Part shown: positions 22,275-35,845 of the stretch, in pieces
How the letters are laid out: every line of letters begins with the position of its first letter
Numbering within the stretch: the first letter of the stretch is position 1
NCBI GenBank assembly: GCA_038087875.1
Contig: CM075988.1
Span: 26,102,001 to 26,166,000, forward strand
Direction of reading: 5' to 3'
Source of the DNA: Malacoraja senta
Taxonomy: Eukaryota
DNA: 64,000 nt
Position numbers and translations under genes: made by a program
Notes under the pieces: generated by a model
The model's input: the letters and a program-made list of their open reading frames with translations, nothing else
Told to the model about the DNA's origin: nothing
Databases searched by the model: none

Positions 22275-23030
22275 ATAGACAATAGACAATAGACTATAGG
22301 TGCAGGAGCAGGCCAATCGGCCCTTCGAGCCAGCACCGCCATTCAATGTGATCATGGCTGATCATCCCCAATCAGTACCCTGTTCCCGCCCTCTCCCCAT
22401 ATCCCTGACTCTGCTATTTTTAAGAGCCCTATCTAGCTCTCTTTTGAAAGCATCCAGAGAACCGGCCTCCACCGCCCTCTGAGGCAGAGAATTCCACACA
22501 CTCACCACTCTCTGTGAGAAAAAGTGTTTCCTCGTCTCCGTTCTAAATGGCTTACTCCTTATTCTTAAGCTGTGGCCCCTGGTTCTGGACTCCCCCAACA
22601 TCGGGAAAATGTTTCCTTCCTCTAGCGTGTCCTTAACAATCTTACATGTTTCAATGAGATTCCCTCTCATCCTTCTAAACCTCCAGAGTGTACAAGCCCA
22701 GCTGCTCCATTCTCTCAGCATATGACAGTCCCGCCATCCCAGGAATTAACCTTGTAAACCTACGCTGCACTCCGTCAATAGCAAGAATGTCCTTCCTCAA
22801 ATTAAGGGACCAAAACTGCACCACAATACTCCAGGTGTGGTCTCACGAGGACTGGTACAACTGCAGAAGGACCTCTTTGCTCCTATATTCGATTCCTCTT
22901 GTTATAGAGGCAACATGCCATTCTCTTCTTCACTGCCTGCTGTACCTGCATGCTTACTTTGATAGACTGATGTACAAGGACCCCCAGATCCCGTTGTACT
23001 TCCCCTTTTCCCAAACCTGACGCCATTTAG
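22275..23030 (-). mobile_element. CR1-clade LINE 3' end, same family
   Basis: Near-identical to 1-315 and extends further 5'. Confidence 0.92.
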
Positions 23031-23847
23031 ATGGGACTGATCAGAGCTGGTTTGTGACTGGGTGGAAAGTCCCGGCCTGGAGCCACAAGGTGTTAGATGT
23101 GGCCTCTCACCACCGTTAGATCAGGCAAACAAGATTGGCATTGGTATGATGTGTAGGAAGGAACTGCAGATGCTGGTATACACTGAAGAAAGACACAAGG
23201 TGCTGGAGTAACTCAGCGGGTCAGGCAGCATCTGTGGAGAAAAGGAATAGGTGACGTCCCGAGTCGAGACCCTTCTTCAGACTGGGTGCATTTCACACCC
23301 TTCAGAACATTGAGCAAAGCAGTAGTGTTAGAATGGGAACCATTTCTGCGTAGTGATGCCCACAAACAGCACATTGATTATGTAGAAACAAGGAACTGCA
23401 GATGCTGGTTAATACACAAACAAAATAAAGTGCTGGAGTATCTCAGCAGGTCAGGCAGCATCTCTGATGAACACTGTGGGAGAGGGGAGAAGAAAGCTGG
23501 AAAAGGGGCAGAGGCAGTTCAAAGCACGGCAGATAATAGGGCAACATGGGCCAGGGAAGGGTTTGATAGGCAGATGATGGAACAAAGTCCAGAGTTAAGG
23601 ACAGAATGTATGAGATAATCTTGAGGAGTTTTGGATTGTTAAGCCAGAGGGAGGAAAGTGGAATGGAGGGAGTGGGTTTGGAGGGGAGAAAAAGATGAGA
23701 GTCCATGCCAGGACACAGGGAAGGGAAGGGGGTGGAAGAGAGGAGGGGGGGGAAAAAGTGGGATGTTTGAGGAGGGGGGGGGGGGTGATCATGATCAGGT
23801 AATCATTTTTTTGGTAACTGGATGAAAGGTGAATATTGGCCAGACCC

Positions 23848-24150
23848 AGCAGCGCAGCGGGTAGAGCTGCTGCCTCAATGCAGCAGAGACCTGGGTTCAA
23901 TCCAGACCTCGGGTGAAGTCTGTGTGCAGCTTCTCCCTGTGACCACGTGGGTTTCCTCCGGGTGCCCTGGTTTCCTCCCACATCCCAAAGACCTGGGTTT
24001 TTTAGGTTAACTGGCCTCTGTAAATTGCCCCTAGTGTGTGGGGAGCGGGATAATGGGAAAGTGGGATAAACATAGAACTAGAGTGATCAATATCCAGTTG
24101 GACTGGGCGGGCCGAAGGGCCTGGTCCCATGCTGTATCTCTCAATTCACT
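23848..24150 (+). mobile_element. HE1-like SINE, plus strand
   Basis: agcgcagcgggtagagctgctgcc...ctgggttcaatcc head, V-domain and tail. Confidence 0.82.
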
Positions 24151-24662
24151 TCAATAACTCACATCCCAGATCTTTAGATTCATACAATTTGGAGACAGGC
24201 CCTTCGGCCCATCTTGTTCACGCCGACCAAGACATGGTCCAATCCCTCCCTACCTATGTCCAAGACACCTCACACACTCTTCGTTCTTCAACCACGCATC
24301 ATCTACACTAGTCCCACCTGCCCTGCATTTGGCCCAGGTCTTTCTAAACCTATCCTATCCACGTTTCTTAAACATTGCAATACTACCTGCCTCAACTACC
24401 TCCTTCCACACACACACCACCCTTTGTGTCAAAACGTATCTTTCCCCCCCCCCACACCTTGAACCTATGTCCTCTGGTTCTTGATTCCCTACTCTGGGCA
24501 AAGACTCTGTGCGTTTACCCGATCGATCCCTTGCATCATTTTGTTGACTGCAAACCCACACGTGATCTTGCCCCAGAGACAAACGAAGGATTCATCCGAA
24601 GGTGTTTCCCTGAAAGGCAATGCCCCCGCCTGACAGTGCAGTAGTGCAAGATGCTGGATTAA

Positions 24663-25372
24663 AGCCCCTGTCCCACTTACATGTCCCTGGCACGCAAATT
24701 ACGCGACCCTCGTGGTCGCGTTGAGCCGCGAAGGTCGCGCGCGATTTGTTGAGCCGCGAAGGTCGCGCGCGATTTCATGCGTACACACAGCCGTCTGGAG
24801 CGCGTGACGTCATTTGAAGATGGACACAAAGCTGGAGTAACTCAGTGGGACCGGCAGTGTCTCTGGAGAGAAGCAATGGGTGATGTTTCGGGTCGAAACT
24901 CTTCTTCAGTCTGAAAAGGGCTTTGACCCGAAACGTCACCCATTCCTTCTCTCCAGAGATGCTGCCGGTCCCGCTGAGTTACTCCTGCATTTTGTGTCCA
25001 TCTTCAATTTTCTTGGCCCCGCTCTGGGAGTAGAAGTGGGGGCGGATCCGGACCGCAACGGCCGTGAGCCCCAGGCCGAGCTCGGCGATCGTTTGCCTGC
25101 TTCTGCTGCTGTTGGAGGTGAGACGTTGCGTTGCGCCAGGGTCTTGGGCCTGTCCCACTTTGGCCGTCAGTTACGCGACAGGCCGTTGGCCCGCGAACAT
25201 TTTGTTCGCTACAAAAATTTCGGAGCCCCGCGCGATGTCGCGCACAACTACATACCCCTCCGCGCTTCTCAGTGGGACCGGCCCCGCGCGGCCATACGAT
25301 GCCCGTGCGCCTCAACGCGACCTCAAGGTCGCGTAATTTGCGTGCCAAGGACATGTAAATGGGACAGGCCCT
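24663..25372. mobile_element. PIF/Harbinger-like non-autonomous DNA transposon (MITE)
   Basis: ~45-bp imperfect TIRs (agcccctgtcccacttacatgtccctggcacgcaaattacgcgacc / ggtcgcgtaatttgcgtgccaaggacatgtaaatgggacaggccct); TAA TSD at 24660-62 and 25373-75; CpG-rich interior. Confidence 0.85.
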
Positions 25373-25519
25373 TAACTCACCCGGGTTACTCCAGCTTTTT
25401 GTGTCTATCTTTGGTGTAAAGCAGCATCTGCAGATTCTTGCTACACAGTACAGTCGTGCCACAGTTCTGCAGTGCAACGCCCAGGGATGTTTTTGAGCTC
25501 ATGCCCCAGGTTCTACACT

Positions 25520-26240
25520 TGGGTAGCCTGCGCTGGATGGTAACTGGGGACTTCTGATATCACTCCAGGCAAGCGAGCCACCACTGATCCTTGGTCCTCG
25601 CACCACGATGAATCAAAGGCATCTTTCTGAATGTAACAGGTGGGATTTGTTCCACAAAACACACACATCCTTGACCTTTCCATTATGAACTGAACATGTC
25701 CAGGATGTTCACTGACTGCTCTTTGAATCACAACATCATTTAATGACAATGCGTGCCACAGTTTTCACGCTGCGGTTTTGTGAGCGTGCGACTGTCCAGA
25801 CTCTCAGATGCATGATCCGCGGTACCGGCAGTGGGAGGGTGAGGGAATAGAAAGCAGCCAGCATTGCTTGAACAAGAACCCAAGTCCTTCACTGATGCTG
25901 GTCTGCCAAACCAGACCACTGTCCTGGACTCTGCTTCTCCTTCTTCGGCAGTCCCTACAGTTTGAAGATGCCTTGCTTCTACTCCAGTTCTGAAGTGGAG
26001 GATGAGGCCAATATATGACGTGTGCTCTGCCCAATAGATGGACTCAAGGTTCTCCATTCCATCCCAAAAGCTCTTCCCAGACCTGGAAGTTGAGGTTGAG
26101 AGTTTGTGGTCCAGGTACTATATCTCTCAGCCAGGCTTTAGAACGACAGCAGAGATATCATCTGCTGCCAAGGCCTTGTTGAGTGTGTTCAATTTGCATC
26201 AACCATGAACGATCTTGTTCATCAACCAGCCTTGTGAGAG
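25520..26240 (-). mobile_element. Old, degenerate RTE-like LINE reverse transcriptase fragment
   Basis: ADDI-like motif near 26150-26170 and an ASES..TLTK remnant near 25770-25815; heavily frameshifted. Confidence 0.4.
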
Positions 26241-29221
26241 CATGGAACTTTGAATCACACACCTGGCCCTACATGATGACTGTGTCGAACATGATGCCAA
26301 ATTAAACTAATCCCTTCTGCCTCCATGTGATCGATATCCCTCCATCCCTGGTCTGTTTACATGCCTGTCTAAAGGCTTCTTAAACACCACTCTTGTATCT
26401 GCCTCCACCACCAGCCCTGGCAGTGTCCCAAGCACCCACACACCACTCACTGTGTATCAATAAATTGTCCCTCACATCTCCATTAAACTCCCCCCCTTTG
26501 ATTTTAAATCTACGCCCGTTAGTATTTGACATTTCCACCCTGGGAAGAAGATGCAATAATTGACAAGAATTGAAGAAATTTGGAAACTAAAGACCCAGAT
26601 CATGTGTATATCCTATTCCACACTCACTACTCTACTCTAAATTGTCATGCTCTGAAACAAATCTACTTCATCAGCATTGGCTTCACAATACTAACTGTTT
26701 TCACTGTCACCATCGCTCCTCATGGTCCAATGCCAACATGCTGTTCTGGTTGGGACTGTTGCTTTGCCCATGGCCCTCCTTGGTTATGGCCACCGTTTGG
26801 ACAGACAGAGAAGGACCAGGTGGTCAGCATGGTTCATATCTAGGGCCCATCACCACTCCCACCCTGATGTGTGGGGGAGCAGGGCTCGCAAGCATAATCT
26901 TCAAGCCAGCCAGTGATTGTTTCTGCAATATCCCATGACTTCACGGGTACTTGGTTCGGGCACTTCAAACCACCCGTGACAGCTGGCCAATTGATGATGC
27001 GGTTTGATTTCAGGCGAACCAATTATAGATTGTGTGTGCAGCAGAGCTTTGAAGTAAATAGAACCATCACACTAACAGAATACAAATGTGCCCCACACCC
27101 AGATACTGGCGGTTGATTACTTGATCTTTCAGACTGTGTTAGAACAAACATTAAGGAACAAAACCCAGATGGCACAAAACTCCAGGACAAACTCCAGCAC
27201 CACCCATGCAGAGGGTGAAATATCAACCCGTTCTCATTCAGCAACTGGCTGATCACATAGATTTTCAAGTTTTGTTTAAGACAGAAGGCAGAAAAGGAAT
27301 GAATGTACAAAAGATGTAAATACGTGATCACATATTCATATGTGTGCAGCTGACAGCACTTTAAATACTAAACCCTCAGATATGGAACTACGAATGGAAG
27401 CAAGTCCAAGAACTAAATTATTTAATCTGATCATCAGAAACATGACATTCGTGTTACACTGCAGAGACTTTTGTTGGTGTGTTTAGATCATTGGCTTATG
27501 GTGTTTAAAGCAGACACAAGGAACTGCAGATGCTGCTTGACAAAATAAGACACCAAGTGCTGGAGTAACAGCAGGTCAAGAAGCATCTCTGGAGAACATG
27601 GATAGGTGACGTTTTGGGTCGGGCACCATCTTCCTGACTCAAGGTCTCGAGACCCTAATTGTTACTTATCCATGTCTCCGGAGATGCTGCCTGACCTGCT
27701 GAGTTACTCCAGCACTGTGTTTTGTTTAGAATGTCTCATCATGCCAAGCTGATTGCTAAGGTACCAAAGACTTTGGGAACTGGGGTGTATATTGTGAAGT
27801 GTATTCTGCTTCAGCCTCTACAGACAAACCCACAACAGAGACAACTAATACACAACAGAACACATCTGCACAAGAGCCTCTAAGGAACAGCATCAAATAC
27901 GATTTGGTACTGAGCTGCCCAAGGAGGTAGCATAGAGTCATCAAGTGATACAGGCCCTTCGCCCCAACATGTCCCATCTACACCTACCAGCATTTGGTCC
28001 CTATCCCTCCAAACCTGTCCTATCCATGTACCCGTCTAACAGTTTCTTAAACGTTGGGATAGTCCCAGCCTCAACTACCTCCTCTGGCAGCTTGTTCCAT
28101 ACACCCACCACCCTTTGTGTGAAAGGATGGACTGCTTTCACACTTGTGTGATCAAATATTTGGAGAAAGAGGTAAATGTCAGCGTTTTAAAGGAAGGGAA
28201 GGGGCTGGGAGGTTTACAGAGCACAGGACGGAGGCTGCTGGAAACGCAGCCAGCAACATAAGAGGGATTAAGATGAAGGAAATGCAAGAGTCCAGAATTG
28301 AGGAGGTGGAAGGATTGCCAAAGATTACAGAACTGGTGGGAATTAAATAGATAACAAATGTTTTGCTTGGTCTATGTGGCGTCGTAGGAGATGTGAGATT
28401 GAAGCATTACTGAACGGTTTCATATCTTGTCGGTGTGAATGCGGTTTCACCACCTCTGTGTCTCTCTCTGCAGACTGTGGACGCTCCACATTGACCTCAT
28501 GAGCAAGGCTGGAGAAGACAAATGTGGTTTTATGTGATACCAAGGAAGTGCAGATGCTGGTTTATACCGAAGAAAGACGATGCTGGAGTAACTTAGCGGG
28601 TCAGGCAGCATCTCTGCAGAGCATGGATAGGTGACTTTTTGGGCTGGGTCCCATCTTCAGGGAATAGTCCAGACAAGACCTATCCATGTTCTCCAGAGAT
28701 GCTGCCTGACCCACTGACCCCTGACTCCAACATTTTGTGTCTTTCTATGGTTTTATGTAACATTCCCATCAGGTTGCAGAAATAGTTTAGTGTATGTGGT
28801 TTTATTGCCATGTGTACCAGGGTACAGTGAAAAACTTTTGTTGCGTGCTAACCAGTCAGCAGAAAGACAACACAAGATTACAATTGACTCATTTACAATG
28901 TAGAGATAGGAGTAGAGATTTAAAAGTGTGGAGCGATTGTAATGAGCGATTGTCGATCCACTTCCGTGAGGAGCTCACAAATAGTCGGCTGGGTCGGGCG
29001 CCATCTTGGATCAATTATCTTAAGACTGTCATTATTTCTAGATGGCCAGTGACGCATGCTTCAAACAACACTCGTCAGGAATCCCAGATTGCCTGACGTT
29101 GGAACTAAACAAACTGCTACAGGTAATCTTGCGTAACAGCAGCTAAAAATATCTCAGATTGATGTTACTTCAGGTGGGGTGGAGAACAGGCTTTATAATC
29201 TCCATAAACAAGACTATCCAA

Positions 29222-29602
29222 AACATACAAGATTGTTAAGGGGTTGGACACGCTAGAGGCAGGAAACATGTTCCCGATGTTGGGGGAGTCCACAACTAGG
29301 GGTCACAGTTTAAGAATAAGGAGTAAGCCATTTAGAACGGAGACGAGGAAACACTTTTTCTCACAGAGAGTGGTGAGTCTGTGGAATTCTCTGCCTCAGA
29401 GGGCGGTGGAGGCAGGTTCACTGGATGGTTTCAAGAAAGAGTTAGATAGGGCTCTTAAAGATAGCGGAGTCAGGGGATATGGGGAGAAGGCAGGAACGGG
29501 TACTGATTGGGGATGATCAGCCATGATCACATTGAATGGCGGTGCAGACCCGAAGGGCCGAATGGCCTACTCCTGCACCTATTTTCTATTGTCTGTTGTC
29601 TA
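29222..29602 (+). mobile_element. CR1-clade LINE 3' end, same family
   Basis: Near-identical to 1-315. Confidence 0.92.
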
Positions 29603-31067
29603 TAACTGATCTCCCAGTCTGGCAAGGTCTCAGTTTTTAAAGGTGTGGGAAGGAACTGCTGGTTTAAATCGAAGATAGACACAAAATGCTGGAGTAACTC
29701 AGCGGGGCAGGCAGCATCTCTGGAGAGAAGGAAATGGGTGAAGTTTCAGTTCTGAAGAAGGGCTCGACCCGAAGCTTCATCCATTCCTTCTCTCTAGAGA
29801 TGCTGCCTGTCCTGCTGAGTTACTCCAGCACTTTGTGTCTATTTCAGTTTTTAAATGCTGTGTGTTTGCAGCTTCATGGGAGTTGTTCCTCCCCAACTCC
29901 AGTCTCCCCATCCCTCAAACACACAACAATCTCTGGGTTCATTCAGGACGGCATTCCTGACATCTCCAAACTCCATTGACCCAACTTTGGCAGCAATGAC
30001 TTTAGCTCCAGAATTCCCTTCCCAAGTCTCACTGCCTTTCATTCCCTCTCGTGCAAGAAGGAGCTGCAGATGCTGGTTTAACCTTCCACGTGTTCATTGA
30101 GCAATGCAGTCCCTTTGAAATATTTATTTTTAAACTTAGTGAAGCCGCTGAATTAATTCTTCCCCGCTCTGAGGGTTGCCCTCGGGGATTTCAAGTTTGA
30201 AACAACAATGTTTGCTTTGCACTGACATTCAGATTCTCACCTGCAAACCTCTACACTTTTGTTTATTTAAATCGGAGTCGTATTTCTGAGAAGCTGTGGG
30301 AAAATGGAGAGGATGAGGAGAAGCAGGGTGAAGGCTCAAGTGTACAATCCAGGAATGACCGTCTTAATGCCCTCCCAGCAAAGGAATCATGTGGGCACGT
30401 GCATCTTGCAGGGTGGTGAATCTGTGGAATTCTTTGCCACAAAGGCCGTGGAGGCCGTCAATGGATATTTTTGAGTCAGAGATAGATAGATTCTTGATTA
30501 GTACAGGTGTCAGGGGTTAAGGGGAGAAGGCAGGAGAATGGGGTTAGGAGGGAGAGATAGATCAGCCATGATTGAATGGCGGAGTAGATTTGATGGGCCG
30601 AATGGCCTAATTCTGCTCCTCTTTCATGATTAATTTGTGCAATTCTGGTCACCCCATCATAGGGAGGATGTGTAGGCTTTGGAGATGGTGCAGAAGTGGT
30701 TTATCAGAATGCTGCCTGAATTAGAAGGTATTACTTATAAAGTATATATAAAATTCTGATTGGTATAGATAGGGCAGAAAGTCAGAAGCTTTTTTCCCCC
30801 ATGGTGGAAAAGTCAAAGACTAGAGAGTAGAGCTTTATGGTGAAAGGGGCAAAGATTAGAGGAGGTAAGTTGGGGATTTTAAAAAATGTAGGGGCAAAGT
30901 GCCTGGAACGTGTGGGTGCCTGGAACGTGCTACCAGGGGTGGTGGTGGAGGCAGATATGATGGTGGTGTTGAAGAAGCTTTTAGATAGACACATGGGTAT
31001 GCAGGGAATGCAAAGGGGAATAGTTTAACTTGGCACCAAGTTCAACATTGATCCTGTGTGCCAAAGG

Positions 31068-31231
31068 AAGACACAAAAAGCTGGAGTAACTCAGCGGGAC
31101 AGGCAGCATCTCTGGAGAGAAGGAATGGGTGGTGTTTCAGGTCGAGACCCTTGACCCGAATCGTCACCCATTCCTTCTCTCCAGAGATGCTGCCTGTCCC
31201 GCTGAGTTACTCCAGCTTTTTGTGTCTATCT
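31068..31231. mobile_element. Palindromic Penelope-terminus (MER6-like) element; related copies at about 2230, 8350, 9370, 10757, 12005, 21775, 23150, 27515, 28540, 29645, 35895, 40460, 41258, 45660, 55430
   Basis: Inverted arms gacacaaaa.gctggagtaactcagcgggacaggcagcatctctggagagaagg; 11-bp direct repeat tgtgccaaagg at 31057-67 and 31232-42. Confidence 0.85.
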
Positions 31232-32329
31232 TGTGCCAAAGGGCCTGTTTCTGTACTGCACATGGAGACATCAACAAAGTACAGCTTTCAGAGTATCTGT
31301 GGTAAATGAGTCTACTGTGCTATTTAGAGAACAGCCAGGATAGAGTTTGGAAGTATTCTTATTTAGCCGGTAACAGAAACCTGGAGAGTCCAGAACTTGA
31401 TCCTGGTAAAAATAGAATATTATGCAGCATGTGTGATATTTTGAAATAAAATATGGGAAGGGGAGAGATGATTTGGCATTGATCATCACACAACCATTTC
31501 AAACCAGGTAACAACTTTGCCGATATTACACGAGTTATATCCAAATCCACTGCCCCACCTCGACCAAGTTCCATGGCCACATCTCACTGTTGATTTCACT
31601 GTGTATAACGCAGTTCTTTGTGGCACCAGTTCTAATCATAGCCTTTACATTCACACATGAACCTCTTCTGCTTGGTTTATCAAGCATCCAGCTTGATGCA
31701 AGGGTCTACATTGAAGATAGACACAAAACGCTTGAGTAAATCAGCTGGAGAGAAGCAATGGGTGACGTTTTGCCACAATATGAGTACTGGCTACAGTTCT
31801 GGTCATCATGCTGTGGAAGGATGTTGTTAAACTGGAAAAGTTGCCAAAAGGATTTACAAAGATGTTACTGGATCTGGAAGAATTGAGTTCTAAGGATTAG
31901 CTTGGATGGGCTGAAGAAGGGTCTCGACTCGAAACGTCGCCTATTCCTTCTCTCCAGAGATGCTGCCTGTCCCGCTGAGATACTCCAGCATTTTGTGTCT
32001 ATCTTCGCTTTAAACCAACATCTGCACTTCCTTCCTACACTAAAGGGTTTGCATCACTGTTTCTGATCTCCAGCATGGCTGTGCTTGGAGCGACCGATTG
32101 GGTAAAACACAAGAGGTTTTAGTGTGTTTCTAGCTCATGCCTGAGAGCTCTGGGCTTCCTGGAAGACAGTGAAGAGGCAGCTTCACTCCCGACCCAGGGT
32201 GTTTGATGAGACTGCGTACAGTCTACGCGTATTGATTTGCCTTTAAAGCAATGGGAAGTCCAATTTCTGAGAGACTGAGAGAGCACGTTGTGTGAAACAG
32301 AGAGAGAGGGAAAGAGCAATGGAGAGAGA

Positions 32330-33460
32330 GCGAGAGAGGAGGGGTGAGGGGGAGAGAGGAAGGGTGAGGGGGAGAGAGGAGGGTGAGGGGGAGAGAGGAG
32401 GGGTGAGGGGGAGAGAGGAGGGGTGAGGGGAGAGAGGAGGGGTGAGGGGGAGAGAGGAGGGGTGAGGGGGAGAGGAGGGGAGGGGGTGAGGGGGAGAGGA
32501 GGGGAGGGGGTGAGGGGGAGAGGATGGGGGGGGGTGAGGGGGAGAGGAAGGGTGAGGGGGAGAGGAGGGGAGGGGGGTGAGGGGGAGAGGATGGGGGGGG
32601 TGAGGGGGAGAGAGGAGGGGTGAGGGNNNNNNNNNNNNNNNNNNNNNNNNNNNNNNNNNNNNNNNNNNNNNNNNNNNNNNNNNNNNNNNNNNNNNNNNNN
32701 NNNNNNNNNNNNNNNNNNNNNNNNNNNNNNNNNNNNNNNNNNNNNNNNNNNNNNNNNNNNNNNNNNNNNNNNNNNNNNNNNNNNNNNNNNNNNNNNNNNN
32801 NNNNNNNNNNNNNNNNNNNNNNNNNNAGAGAGAGTGTGAGAGAGAGAGAGGGTGAGGGGGAGAGAGGAAGGGTGAGGGGAGAGAGGAGGGGTGAGGGGGA
32901 GAGAGGAGGGGTGAGGGGGAGAGAGGAGGGGTGAGGGGGAGAGAGGAGGGGTGAGGGGGAGAGAGGAGGGGTGAGGGGGAGAGGAGGGGAGGGGGTGAGG
33001 GGGAGAGGAGGGGAGGGGGTGAGGGGGAGAGGATGGGGGGGGGTGAGGGGGAGAGGAAGGGTGAGGGGGAGAGGAGGGGAGGGGGTGAGGGGGAGAGGAT
33101 GGGGGGGTGAGGGGGAGAGAGGAGGGGTGAGGGGGAGAGAGGAGGGGTGAGGGGGAGAGAGGAGGGGTGAGGGGGAGAGAGGAGGGGTGAGGGGGAGAGA
33201 GGAGGGGTGAGGGGGAGAGGAGGGGAGGGGGTGAGGGGGAGAGGAGGGGAGGGGGTGAGGGGGAGAGGATGGGGTGGGGTGAGGGGGAGAGGAGGGGTGA
33301 GGGGAAGAGGAGGGGGGGGGTGAGGGGGAGAGAGGAGGGGTGAGGGGGAGAGGAGGGATGAGGGGGAGAGGAGGGGTGAGGGGGAGAGGAGGGGTGAGGG
33401 GGAGAGGAGGGGTGAGGGGGAGAGGAGGGGGGGTGAGGGGGAGGGAGAGGAGGGGTGAGG
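32330..33460 (+). repeat. G-rich polypurine minisatellite (unit about GGGGTGAGGGGGAGAGAGGA), with an internal gap
   Basis: Directly visible tandem repeats; source of the spurious Pro-rich ORFs. Confidence 0.95.
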
Positions 33461-33479
33461 TTTTTTTGAGCGGTTTTCT

Positions 33480-35260
33480 CAGCGGGCTGATAAACACATC
33501 TTCCTTTACCCATTGCCCCCCGTGTTGGCTGGGCTGGGCTCCCACACAAGGCGGGGGGAAGCGACCCCCCAACGCGGCACATCCCGGCCAGACACACAAA
33601 TAACCCCCCAACCCGTTGACTCGGTGAATGTAACGAGGTTCCTTCCACAGACAGTGAAGGGAGAAGGTAAAGCCCATTCCCCACTGGTGAACAGCTCCAC
33701 ACAATGGGGGGGGGGGGGGGGGGGTGGTTTCTTGTCTAGTCTCCCCAAGCGGAGGGTTTGGTGTAAACCACAGGTCCAATGTGACAGTCAATGTGTTCGC
33801 TGCCGCCGGTCCCGTTCACACGGAGGATGGTATGGGATGGGAGGTGGTGGGGGGGGGGGGGGGTGGAGGATGGGGGGAGGGGGGAGTCTGGAAGGGGGGG
33901 GGGGGTGTAGACGGATCCCTCTCCCACAGTCACAGACAGACAGACAGACAGACATTCCCATCACATCCACCATACTGAGTGTATTGTGTAGATCGCGGTG
34001 TAAATGTCCCCCCGACCCCGCGACAACGCCCCGACACACACACACACACACACACACGGGCCGGGCACCGTCTACAGGGGGGACACAGACAGACAGACAG
34101 AGGGGGGAGACACGGCGATGTCGCCCCCACACACACACACACACACACCTCTCCCCGGATCAACACCCGCCAGCGCACAACACAACACACCGGCTCTGCC
34201 ACACTCACTTACTCACACTCAACACGTTCCACACGCGGCTGGGATGGATGAAAGANNNNNNNNNNNNNNNNNNNNNNNNNNNNNNNNNNNNNNNNNNNNN
34301 NNNNNNNNNNNNNNNNNNNNNNNNNNNNNNNNNNNNNNNNNNNNNNNNNNNNNNNNNNNNNNNNNNNNNNNNNNNNNNNNNNNNNNNNNNNNNNNNNNNN
34401 NNNNNTTACCTCTCCGCATTCTCCTCCCCGGATGAAGCAGACGGTCGCGACCCCCCTTTACAACCAGCGCCGGCTCGTCTGAGCGCGGAGAGGGGCGGGG
34501 GTCTCGGCTGCTGTCTGTCTGTCTGTCTGTCCGTCTCCCGGCNNNNNNNNNNNNNNNNNNNNNNNNNNNNNNNNNNNNNNNNNNNNNNNNNNNNNNNNNN
34601 NNNNNNNNNNNNNNNNNNNNNNNNNNNNNNNNNNNNNNNNNNNNNNNNNNNNNNNNNNNNNNNNNNNNNNNNNNNNNNNNNNNNNNNNNNNNNNNNNNNN
34701 NNNNNNNNNNNNNNNNNNNNNNNNNNNNNNNNNNNNNNNNNNNNNNNNNNNNNNNNNNNNNNNNNNNNNNNNNNNNNNNNNNNNNNNNNNNNNNNNNNNN
34801 NNNNNNNNNNNNNNNNNNNNNNNNNNNNNNNNNNNNNNNNNNNNNNNNNNNNNNNNNNNNNNNNNNNNNNNNNNNNNNNNNNNNNNNNNNNNNNNNNNNN
34901 NNNNNNNNNNNNNNNNNNNNNNNNNNNNNNNNNNNNNNNNNNNNNNNNNNNNNNNNNNNNNNNNNNNNNNNNNNNNNNNNNNNNNNNNNNNNNNNNNNNN
35001 NNNNNNNACACACACACACACAGACTGACACTGACACTGACANNNNNNNNNNNNNNNNNNNNNNNNNNNNNNNNNNNNNNNNNNNNNNNNNNNNNNNNNN
35101 NNNNNNNNNNNNNNNNNNNNNNNNNNNNNNNNNNNNNNNNNNNNNNNNNNNNNNNNNNNNNNNNNNNNNNNNNNAAAGGGAGCGCGACTGGGTCTCCCGA
35201 CAGAGACAGAGCAGCCGCCCCCAGCCCGGCCAGTGACGGCACCACCACCACCACCCCCCC
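33480..35260 (-). promoter_or_regulatory. FXYD6: CpG-rich putative FXYD6 promoter and non-coding first exon (donor at 34410)
   Basis: High CpG/GC content between gaps, GC box ggggcgggg at 34492-34500, minus-strand donor GAG|gtaa at 34410/34409. The ATG exon has an upstream acceptor, so a non-coding exon 1 is required. Confidence 0.55.
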
Positions 35261-35489
35261 CCCTGCTTTCTCCTTGTGCATATTCCTTTGTGACTACCTG
35301 AGTCCCTGAGTGTGAACAACTCGGGTGTGAACAAGGGGCGGACAGGACAAGTGTGGCCGTGTTAATGCACGAATCATTCATGTCCTTCAGCAGACGTGAA
35401 TACCCGTGTGTAAAACCCAGACGTGAATCCATCAAAGTCCCAATCACTCAGATCAGCCCAGTTTGGGATCAGCTCCATCCACGCCCCCA

Positions 35490-35845
35490 AGAAATTGGAG
35501 TGAATTGTGGACGCAGCCCAGACCATCGCACAAACCGGAGTCTGAAAACGCACACCTCCAGATTCAGGGACAGTTTCTTCCCGGCTGTTATCAGGCAACT
35601 CAACCATCCTACCACAACTAGATAGCAGTCCTGTCTACCTCATTGGAGACCCTGGTACTATCTTTGATTGGACATTATTGGACTTTATCTTGCACTAAAC
35701 CTTATTCATGATATCCCCATCAACAAGTATCTTCACTATGGACAGCTTGATTGTAACCAGGTGTTGTCTTTTCGCCGACTGGTGAGCATGCAACAAAAGC
35801 TTTTCACTGTATCTCGGTAAGCATGACAATAAACTAAACTAAACT
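35490..35845 (+). mobile_element. Rex1/Babar-like LINE 3' end; related pieces at about 6545-6735, 18110-18380, 36725-36781 plus 37711-38068
   Basis: Encodes THTSRFRDSFFPAVIRQLN; shared 3' UTR ending gacaataaactaaact. Confidence 0.75.

Noticed and set aside
32119-35447. Long Pro-, Gly- or His-rich ORFs (up to 598 aa)
   Set aside because: Artefacts of minisatellites and N gaps, which contain no stop codons.
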